This document shows, piece by piece, positions 10,071 to 18,316 of a stretch of DNA of 34,528 bases (position 1 is the first letter of the stretch; every line of letters starts with the position of its first letter). A model generated the notes under the pieces. That model ran no database searches. It worked only from the letters and a program-made list of their open reading frames with translations, and was not told the origin of the DNA. Both the position numbers and the translations under genes were made by a program. Origin of the DNA: an uncultured Clostridia bacterium (GTDB lineage Bacteria > Bacillota > Clostridia > TANB77 > CAG-508); NCBI GenBank assembly GCA_944391645.1, contig CALXUH010000034.1:1-34528 (forward strand), in the 5' to 3' direction.

Positions 10071-10946
10071 ATGGCAAAGTCAGATTCTAAAAATATTGAG
10101 GAGGTTACAAAGACTACTTCTTCTAAAATCAAGTCTACAAAAAAGCCTACAACCAAAAAAGTAGAAACTAAGAAAAACACTTTGGAAAAATCAGCCAAAA
10201 AAGCTACAACTGAAAAAAAAGTAACTAAAAGTACAACTGAAGCGAAGTCTACTAAAAAATCTACAACAAAAAAAGTAGAAACAGGAAAGAATAGTTCTAC
10301 AACATCAAAGAAAAGTTCTACATCAAAAAGAAAAACAACATCAAAGAAATCTGCAAAAACTAAGAAAAAGGTGGAAAAACAGTCAGTTCCAAATATAGTA
10401 GAGTACTACGATTTACCTAGTACATATAATCAAACAACTGTAAAGCTACTTTTTCAAACTCCAAAGAAATTATTTGTATATTGGGAAATTTCAGAAGCTG
10501 ATAAGCAAAAATATTTTGATGAAAATGGCAAAGATTTCTTTGAATCTACAACACCTTTTTTAGTTGTTAGAAATATAACCAAAAACTATTCTTTTGAAAT
10601 TGAGATTAATGATTTTGCAAACAGCTGGTATTTTGATGTTCCTGATAGTAAATGTGATTATGAAGTTTCACTTATTAGAAAACATAACATTACTCATAAC
10701 TCAACATGGATTACTACATCAAATGAATTAGAAGTTCCTAATAATCGTATTTTATTTGAACATGCTAGGAAGGAAATTTTCTTTAAAAATGTAAAAACAA
10801 ATAATGTGGTTAGTAAATCTGTAGTTAATTTACAATTTATAAATCATCTAGGCAATATTTTTAATGCTAATTCATTTTATAGAAAATTTTACCAAGATGA
10901 AAACTTATATACATTAAATAATCCAACATCAAATTCAAAAATTTAA
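10071..10946 (+). CDS. DUF4912-type protein with a K/T/S-rich low-complexity N-terminus
   Basis: DLPSTY...LLFQTPKKLFVYWEI...SWYF motif; AAGGGGG SD before ATG 10071 (the track start 10050 is upstream of the SD). Confidence 0.75.
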   Translation: MAKSDSKNIEEVTKTTSSKIKSTKKPTTKKVETKKNTLEKSAKKATTEKKVTKSTTEAKSTKKSTTKKVETGKNSSTTSKKSSTSKRKTTSKKSAKTKKKVEKQSVPNIVEYYDLPSTYNQTTVKLLFQTPKKLFVYWEISEADKQKYFDENGKDFFESTTPFLVVRNITKNYSFEIEINDFANSWYFDVPDSKCDYEVSLIRKHNITHNSTWITTSNELEVPNNRILFEHARKEIFFKNVKTNNVVSKSVVNLQFINHLGNIFNANSFYRKFYQDENLYTLNNPTSNSKI

Positions 10947-10973
10947 TAAACTAATCTACAAAGGAGATATTTT

Positions 10974-12564
10974 ATGAAAGAGACAAAGGGATATGTGAGT
11001 TTTATTTTACACGCTCACTTACCATTTATCCATCATCCAGAAAGTGAAGATTATTTAGAAGAAGAATGGCTATATGAAGCTATCTCTGAAACATATATTC
11101 CACTTATATTAAATTTTAAAAAGTTAGAGGAGGAAAAAGTTGATTTTAGAATTACAATGAACTTTTCTCCCCCTTTATTATCTATGCTTGATAATAAATT
11201 ACTTCAAAAAAGATATATTAAATATTTAAGGAAACATATTGAACTTTGCAAAAAAGAAGTTAAAAGAACAGCTAATAATAGAGATTTAAATAAGCTATCT
11301 TATTATTATTTAAATAGATATTCAAATGATTTACATGTTTTTAAAGATGTTTATTCATGTAATCTTATAAATGCGTTTAAACACTTTCAAGATATTGGTG
11401 TTTTAGAAATTATTACTTGTGGTGCAACACATGGTTACTTTCCTATTCTTTCAGTAAATGAAAAAACAATACGTGCACAAATTGGAATTGGTGTTGAAAC
11501 ATATAAAAAATACTTTGGTAAACAACCTCGTGGAATTTGGCTTCCAGAATGTGGCTATGTACATCAAGCTGATAAATATTTGAAGGAATTTGGCTTAGAA
11601 TACATTATTACCGAATCTCATGGTATATTATATGCAGATCCTGCTCCTATTTATGGTACATTTGCTCCAATTTGTACTGAAAATGGAATTGCAGCATTTG
11701 GTAGAGATATTGAAAGCTCTAGACAGGTTTGGAGTTCTATTTGTGGATACCCTGGCGATTTTAATTATAGAGAATTTTACCGTGATATTGGTTATGATGC
11801 TGATTATGAATATATTAAACCATATATTGCAAAAAATGGTGCAAGAGTTAATACTGGTATAAAATATCATAGAATTACATCTAAAAACGGTGGTTTTAAG
11901 GATTATTATAACCTACAATGGGCATATGATTCTGTTTGTAACCATGCTGGTCATTTTTTCGATTCACGTGTTAAACAAATAAACGAGCTTTCCTGCTATA
12001 TGGATGTTCCCCCAATTGTTGTTTGCCCTTATGATGCAGAACTTTATGGACATTGGTGGTACGAAGGTCCTGACTTTTTATATGTTTTATTTAAAAAAAT
12101 TTATTATGATGACTGTAATTTTAAATTAATTACACCTGGAGAATATATTGATAAATATCCACAAATGCAGATGTCTTCTCCTTGTATTTCTAGCTGGGGT
12201 TCAAACCGGATATAGTGAAGTTTGGCTAAACCAATCAAATGATTATGTACATAAGCATTTGCATGTTGCAGGAGATAGAATGGTTGAACTTGCTCATGAT
12301 TTTCCGTATGCTAAAGGTTTGTTAAAAAGAGCATTAAATCAATGTGCTAGAGAACTTTTACTTGCGCAAAGCAGTGACTGGTTATTTATAATAACACATG
12401 GAACAATGGTTGATTATGCGAAAAAAAGGATTAAAGATCATATTGGACGTTTTACCAAGCTTTATGAACAAATTAAATCAAATAATATTGATGAAAATTT
12501 TTTAAAACAAATATCAAAGCAAGACTCAATTTTTCCTTTTATAGATTATATGATTTATTATTAA
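10974..12564 (+). CDS. GH57 1,4-alpha-glucan branching enzyme; needs one +1 shift at CGG 12207..12209; 529 aa when joined
   Basis: LHAHLPF, EAISETYIP, GIWLPECGY, PYDAELYGHWWYEGP, then SSWGSN|GYSEVWLN...ARELLLAQSSDW across the junction. Confidence 0.92.
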
Positions 12565-12665
12565 TGGACACTCTCATAATTCCCTTTTTCTTAATAATAT
12601 ATGTATATAATATATTTTACCGTTAAAACTATATTATATACAATTTAAGAAAGAAGGGACTTTTT

Positions 12666-13517
12666 TTGCCAAAATCTATTTGCATTAAAACTAATAATTC
12701 AGATACACTATCATATATTATTAATGAATTAGAGCATTTTAATGTTTCTGATACTTATTTTTCATGCAAAAAATTTAAAAATTTTAAAAATATTATTATA
12801 CATTATAATGGCAAAAACTTAATTTTTTTTCTTTCTTCTTTATCCAAGGTTTTATCCTATTTAGTTTTAGACTTATATGAGAATTTTATTATAAGGCATT
12901 TAATTTCTTATGATTATTTTTATTTTTCTCCATCAGAGCGCCAAGAAATTTTTAATTTATGTATAGACAACTTAAACTATGAAGATTCTTTAGATAGATT
13001 AAATATAGTAGAGACCTCTTTTTTTGAATATTTAAAAGAAAATAAAACCTTAAATTTAATTGGTTTTATTAATTTTAGATTACTAAAGTATATTGAGCAT
13101 TTAAGTACAATTCTTGATATATGTGTTAATAAATTTGTCATTGATAAAGAATATATAGAATTTATTAATTTACTTAGAACATATGTGAATTCCTCTAAAA
13201 GTAATATTGATATTGTGCATTTAGTTTACACTAACAAAGAATCCATACTATTAGATGAATATAAAAATATTATTCCTATAAATAAAAATATTTTAAATGT
13301 ACACTATTTATCAGATATAAGTTTTTCAAGTAATGACTATGCTTTAAATAATTTACTTAGTCTTCTTCCTAATAAACTGTATATTCATTTAATTGATGCC
13401 AAGGATGAATTTATAAATTCCTTGGAAAATATATTTGATAAACGTATTTATCTTTGCCATGATTGTGATATATGTAGATTATATAAAAATATGGGCAATT
13501 TATCTAAAAAAAAATAA
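12666..13517 (+). CDS. ytxC: Putative sporulation protein YtxC
   Basis: GFINFRL...DKEYIEFINLLRTYV...LLSLLP.KLYIH...IFDKRI..C..C..C pattern. Confidence 0.8.
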   Translation: MPKSICIKTNNSDTLSYIINELEHFNVSDTYFSCKKFKNFKNIIIHYNGKNLIFFLSSLSKVLSYLVLDLYENFIIRHLISYDYFYFSPSERQEIFNLCIDNLNYEDSLDRLNIVETSFFEYLKENKTLNLIGFINFRLLKYIEHLSTILDICVNKFVIDKEYIEFINLLRTYVNSSKSNIDIVHLVYTNKESILLDEYKNIIPINKNILNVHYLSDISFSSNDYALNNLLSLLPNKLYIHLIDAKDEFINSLENIFDKRIYLCHDCDICRLYKNMGNLSKKK

Positions 13518-13523
13518 TAACAT

Positions 13524-13561
13524 AAAAAAGGAAGAAAATATTAAATGTTTTCTTCCTTTTT
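13524..13561 (+). terminator. Rho-independent terminator after ytxC
   Basis: aaaaaggaagaaaa / ttttcttccttttt inverted repeat. Confidence 0.7.
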
Positions 13562-13609
13562 ATTCATTTATATATTATAATCTTTATAATAAGAGGTGTT
13601 TATAATAAT

Positions 13610-14290
13610 ATGAGTTCTTTTGTTTTAAAGGTTATAGCATGTATATGTATGTTTTGTGACCACTTTGGTGATGCGTTTTTTAGAGAAGTTACTTTTTTAA
13701 ATTATATTGGAAGACTTAGTTTTACTATTTTCTGCTTTCAAATTGTACTTGGGTTTATTCATACTCATGATATAAAAAAATATATTATTCGTTTGAGTTT
13801 ATTTGCTCTAATTTCACAAATTCCTTTTATGCTTTTTATTTATTTTGTTTTTGATAGTTTTGCTATTAATGTTATTTTTACATTACTTTTTGGTTTATTT
13901 GCTATTTTAATTTATGATAAATATAATAAATTTGTAGGAATTAGTTCTTGTTTACTATTTGGAACAATTGCAGAAGTTTGTAAATTTGATTATGGATTTT
14001 TTGGGGTCTTTTTGATTTTTATATTTTATTTATTATACAATAAGAAAATAGCTATGACTTTTGTTTTTGCTGTATCTGTCATATTAAAATATCTTATACC
14101 ATTAGTTAGAACTGGTTTACCTATTTATTATTTGTTTTCAGGAAATTCATATTCTATGTTAATGTATTTTACACTTTTATCAATAATTCCTATTTTGTTA
14201 TATAATGGTAGAAAAGGAAAAGATGTAAAATATCTATTTTACACCTTTTACCCTACTCATTTGCTACTTTTAATATTATTTTTAATATAA
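13610..14290 (+). CDS. TraX-family membrane protein (putative acyltransferase)
   Basis: LKVIA..MFCDH, IGRLSF, EGF-like LGFIHT, ISQIPF, DYG, YNGRKG and FYTFYP.H motifs. Confidence 0.85.
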   Translation: MSSFVLKVIACICMFCDHFGDAFFREVTFLNYIGRLSFTIFCFQIVLGFIHTHDIKKYIIRLSLFALISQIPFMLFIYFVFDSFAINVIFTLLFGLFAILIYDKYNKFVGISSCLLFGTIAEVCKFDYGFFGVFLIFIFYLLYNKKIAMTFVFAVSVILKYLIPLVRTGLPIYYLFSGNSYSMLMYFTLLSIIPILLYNGRKGKDVKYLFYTFYPTHLLLLILFLI

Positions 14291-14663
14291 TAATGGATTA
14301 TTCAAATTTTTTATTAGGCTTATAAAAAAAATTATTATACTCAATGCTATTATAATTTTTTTATATTTTTCTATAAAATTAATTAATGTGTTTTTATGCT
14401 TTATAATATCAATAACATACCATAGTGAACAAATTAAATATACAACCGTTAATGGTATTGCTATTATATTATATTTTATAGACATTAATATATTTCCATT
14501 CAATAAATAAATTATTGCTCGTGTTAGACCACAACCCGGACAAGGTATTTTAAATATATTATATATTAAACATATCCTCTCCCCGAAAAAAATAAGATAA
14601 ATATATAATAACTAATATTATAATATTAGTTATTATATATTTAATAAATTTCACACTATTCAT
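14282..14663 (-). CDS. DUF2752 membrane protein; needs one +1 shift at CGG 14585..14583; 126 aa when joined
   Basis: ATG 14663 follows the upstream stop and gives a 26-codon TM segment, then C-GGG leads into GERICLIYNIFKIPCPGCGLTRA, in frame with ORF 14282..14503. Confidence 0.85.
14598..14643. repeat. Perfect 46-bp palindrome inside the DUF2752 gene
   Basis: taaatatataataactaatatta immediately followed by its exact reverse complement. Confidence 0.9.
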
Positions 14664-14664
14664 T

Positions 14665-15000
14665 CTACATTATCATACTTATTTTTGATAAGTTAATTTC
14701 CTTTGCTTTCTTGCTAATAGTAAACCAGTCAATTATAGTTAATATTCCGCATAATCCACCTGTTAATAATTTTAATATTCCCATTCCAATATCGCCAATC
14801 ATAAACCTATCTACTCCTAATGTTCCTAGGAATATAGAAATAAGTAATATTGTTGTTGGATCCTTTAATTCTGTTGCTTGAAGAGTTAATAAAGTATCAT
14901 CTGTAGCATTTTCCAATTTTTGTCTAATAATTGGTATAGCAGATGGTTCAAAATATTTTGCATTCGTTGTTAAATATAAATCTATTTTTGACTTCTCCAT
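14665..15000 (-). CDS. TM2 domain protein
   Basis: LKDPTTILLISIFLGTLGVDRFMIGDIGMGILKLLTGG...IIDWF. Confidence 0.88.
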   Translation of the reverse strand: MEKSKIDLYLTTNAKYFEPSAIPIIRQKLENATDDTLLTLQATELKDPTTILLISIFLGTLGVDRFMIGDIGMGILKLLTGGLCGILTIIDWFTISKKAKEINLSKISMIM

Positions 15001-15097
15001 TTTTAATTCCCCCTTTTTTTATTATAATTTTATGATACCATATTAGCTTTTTATTTTCAACATTTTTTTACAAAATTGTATATTAATTGACTTTTCT

Positions 15098-16034
15098 CTA
15101 TAATGCATAATTTATTCCGTCTTGCTACTACATCTTTCATATTTTCAATTAAATCATCAATTTCTTTTGGAGTTACTATCATATTATATCCTTGTGGATT
15201 TAATGCCTCTTTTATTACATCATAATTATCTTTTTCTTTTAATTTATTTAATTCATCATTTGATTTTGCATCTTCTTGTAATTTATTTATAAAAAGGTAC
15301 AAAGCATCATTAACAAGAGTTGCTGTTTCTACAACCATTGGTACTCCTATTGCAATTACAGGGATTCCAAGTGTATGTTGGCTTAGTTCATTTCTTGTGT
15401 TTCCTACTCCTGCACCTGGTACAATTCCTGTATCTGCTATTTGTATTGTACTGCTTATTCTTTCTATACTTTTAGATGCCAAACTATCTATTACTATAAC
15501 TAATTTAGGTTTTATATTATCTACTATTCCTTTAACAATTTCAGCAGTTTCTATTCCTGTAGTTCCTAAGACACCTGGAGCTATTGCTGTTACTGGTCTT
15601 GTATTTGGGTCTATATATTCTGGTGTATATTTTAAAAAATGTCTTGTTACATCTATATCTTTTATTACTTTTGGTCCCAATGAATCTGGTGTTACATAAG
15701 CATTTCCAAGGCCAACAATTAAAATATCATCTCTATTTTGTACATGCTTATCAAATATTTTTTTTAGTTCCTCTGTAACCACCTCAGAGGCTTTTTGTAT
15801 TTCTACTTCTCCAGCAAGTTTTAATTTTTTTACATCAATAGTAACATAAACTCCAACTGGCTTTCCTATTGCGTTTGCTCCCTCTTCATTTGTTATTTTT
15901 ACTGTTACTACTTTTATATCATCATTAACTGTCTTTTCTTCAGTTTCAATTCCTGGAATATCTTTTTCCATTTTATTTGCTTTTCTATAAATATCACGTC
16001 TTTCATCAGCCAAATCTGTATTAAAATTCATCAT
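15098..16034 (-). CDS. gpr: Spore germination protease GPR; true C-terminus (ARGINYAL*) needs a +1 shift at CGG 15119..15117
   Basis: TDLADE, IGKP.G.Y.T, VGLGN..VTPDSLGP, PGVLGTTGIET, IDSLA, PGAGVGN.R and IVTPKEID motifs; SD AAGGTGG before ATG 16034. Confidence 0.93.
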
Positions 16035-16089
16035 TAAAAAACCACCTTTCACTTACTATGTTTGGTAAATCAAGGTGGTTTTATACTAC

Positions 16090-16350
16090 TTATTTTGTAA
16101 AATCTTTTTCTAATTCTTCTACTAATTCAAATCTATATTTTTGTCCTGTTATATTATCTTTTCTTGTTTGGTCAATTTCCTCTAAAAACATTTCTTCCCT
16201 TCTTATCCAAATTTTTGAATCCTGTCTTTCATATATTGGCTTATATATTACCATTCTTTCTTTTGTTTCTGAATCTAATCCTATATTTTCTACAAAATAA
16301 TAATTACCTTTAAAATGTCTATATATTTTCCCAATTTTAACTTTCTCCAT
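16090..16350 (-). CDS. DUF1653 domain protein
   Basis: GKIYRHFKGNYY...DSETKERMVIY...WIR...MFLEE...QKYRFE. Confidence 0.88.
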   Translation of the reverse strand: MEKVKIGKIYRHFKGNYYFVENIGLDSETKERMVIYKPIYERQDSKIWIRREEMFLEEIDQTRKDNITGQKYRFELVEELEKDFTK

Positions 16351-16368
16351 ATTATACTCCTTTTAATC

Positions 16369-18072
16369 CTATTTTGGTCTGTATGCAAACCAATTAATAT
16401 TTTCTGCCCAATTTTCATCTCCCTGTTTTATTTCTGCATCGCCAGAGCTATACCATCTATTACTTCCTGCGTAAATTCTTATTTCTTTACCATTATTTAT
16501 AATTATAATATCTCCTTCTTTTAGTTTTGAATAATTTGTAATTTTTTCCCAACCCTTTTTTTCTAAATATTCAAATATTTCTAATATTTCGCTATTCTGA
16601 TATATATCTATTTCGTTTTTTGTATAATATCCTGATAAATATAATATATTACAAACATAATTACTTACATTATCTGCATTTTCTATTGTTTGTGCGGCTT
16701 TAAGTATTGCCTCAGGTGTACATTTTATTATAGTTTCACTATGCTCTGGAACAGTTATAGATGGATTAGATTGCCCCATTGATACATTTGAAATTCCTAC
16801 TGATGTAGGTTCTGTAACATCCACTTGCTCTGTAGATATTATCGTTTCTTTTTCTATTCCTGATGTATTTATCGTTACTTGCCTTGGTGGTGTTACTGTT
16901 TTTTTTGGTGTTACTCCTGATGTCCCTACTGTTACTTGTCTTGATGTTGCTCCTGATGTATTTATTGTTACTTGCCTTGGTGATGTCACTGTTGTTCCTA
17001 ATGTTACTCCTGATATAGAGGATATTTTTTCCGTTTTTAATCCTTCAATAATTTGACTTATATAATTATTATTTACATTATTGAAGTCTTCTTCTCCTTC
17101 TTGGTAAGGTGTAGTATCAAGGACATTATCTGTCATAACATATTTGGCACCCATATCTAATAAACTATCTTTTAAACTCTGTGTTTGTACGTTCCACACA
17201 CAAACATCTACTCCTTGTTCTTTCAGTTTGTCAATCTTATATGTATCATATTCACTAGATAATATATTTACACACTCAACATTATTATCTTCTATTAAAT
17301 CCATATTTTTGTCTGAAAGTGAATCTGTAAGATACCAAATTCTTGCATCTTTTGAATTTTCTCTAATATATGGTATGTCCGTATAATTATTTGTTTGTAA
17401 AACACAACTATCCTCCATTCCTTTTTCTTTAATAACTTCTAAGATGGCTGGTGATAAATTTGCATCAGCAGGTCCAACCCCTTTTTCATATTTTATATCA
17501 ATAATCGCAGTCATACCATATTTTTTACATATATCTAGATATTCTTCGAATGATGTTACATTTTGATTGTTTTGAACTGTATTATGACTACATACTAAAT
17601 TTCCATTTTCATCAAATCTAACATCCGCCTCGCATCCCCAAAATCCATTTTCACCTGCTAATATAAATCCCTCAGCACAGTTATCACCTATATTTCCTAC
17701 TCTATACCCCCTATGAGCAATAGTGCTATTATTTTTAGGCAGAATATTTCTAAATTTCTCAAATATTTCGGGCTGTTCTTCTAGCATTTCAAATAATGCC
17801 TTTAGTGCATTAATTGCTGAAAAGTTATTTCCCTCTGCCCTAGCCCAAGAAAGAGCCTGTGCATTTAATATATTTTTCACATCATCAATTTCTGTAACAC
17901 ATTCTCTTATTTCTCCAGGAATGCTAGCCACCATTCCTGCTAATGTAAATCCACTTGGAGAGCTAATTCCCGATGCTATATCTGCTGCTGACTCTATAGT
18001 TGTTTTTGCTGAATATAATTTTGTTACAACGTTTAATGCTAATCCATTATAATCACACCATGCTACTGCCAT
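16369..18072 (-). CDS. Modular protein: helical N-terminus + glycerophosphodiester phosphodiesterase domain + Thr-rich repeats + degenerate NlpC/P60-like C-terminus
   Basis: IAHRG, EADV, CSH, IDIK, VWNV and MTD motifs of GDPD; C-terminal LKEGDIII...IYAG. Confidence 0.75.
   Translation of the reverse strand: MAVAWCDYNGLALNVVTKLYSAKTTIESAADIASGISSPSGFTLAGMVASIPGEIRECVTEIDDVKNILNAQALSWARAEGNNFSAINALKALFEMLEEQPEIFEKFRNILPKNNSTIAHRGYRVGNIGDNCAEGFILAGENGFWGCEADVRFDENGNLVCSHNTVQNNQNVTSFEEYLDICKKYGMTAIIDIKYEKGVGPADANLSPAILEVIKEKGMEDSCVLQTNNYTDIPYIRENSKDARIWYLTDSLSDKNMDLIEDNNVECVNILSSEYDTYKIDKLKEQGVDVCVWNVQTQSLKDSLLDMGAKYVMTDNVLDTTPYQEGEEDFNNVNNNYISQIIEGLKTEKISSISGVTLGTTVTSPRQVTINTSGATSRQVTVGTSGVTPKKTVTPPRQVTINTSGIEKETIISTEQVDVTEPTSVGISNVSMGQSNPSITVPEHSETIIKCTPEAILKAAQTIENADNVSNYVCNILYLSGYYTKNEIDIYQNSEILEIFEYLEKKGWEKITNYSKLKEGDIIIINNGKEIRIYAGSNRWYSSGDAEIKQGDENWAENINWFAYRPK
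16858..16993. repeat. Intragenic direct repeats (two copies of about 43 bp, 93 bp apart) encoding TVT(S/P)PRQVTINTSG
   Basis: tcctgatgtatttat(c/t)gttacttgccttggtg(g/a)tgt(t/c)actgtt at 16858 and 16951, with a related partial unit between. Confidence 0.85.
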
Positions 18073-18189
18073 AAAAACACCTCACCTATTTTAACCTTGC
18101 GACTTGAATTTGTAAGTTAGCTAATCTGGTTTTTGTAATGTAATATCTAAATTTAAATCATATATTTCTTAATCTATTGTTGTTATTAT

Positions 18190-18218
18190 ATTATATAATT
18201 TATTTTTTATATTTGCAA
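18190..18218 (-). promoter_or_regulatory. Sigma-A promoter of the GDPD-domain gene
   Basis: TTGCAA-N17-TATAAT on the minus strand. Confidence 0.65.
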
Positions 18219-18224
18219 TACTAC

Positions 18225-18261
18225 TATCTATATTCTCTTATCTATATTCTCTTATCTATAT
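18225..18261. repeat. Tandem repeat (tatctatattctct) x about 2.6
   Basis: Two exact 14-bp copies plus a partial third; a related copy near 18281. Confidence 0.85.
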
Positions 18262-18316
18262 CATTATTTACAATGTCTGTTATCTATCTCTTATAATAAG
18301 TTGGAAGCATAAAATG

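Noticed and set aside
13610-14290. TraX as evidence of a conjugative element
   Set aside because: Stand-alone TraX-family genes are common on Firmicute chromosomes; no other transfer genes, relaxase or integrase nearby.
18073-18185. Riboswitch in the long leader of the GDPD gene
   Set aside because: No recognisable aptamer consensus by eye; an Rfam covariance search would be needed.
16858-18293. CRISPR array
   Set aside because: The repeats are intragenic coding repeats or spacerless tandem repeats; no cas genes.
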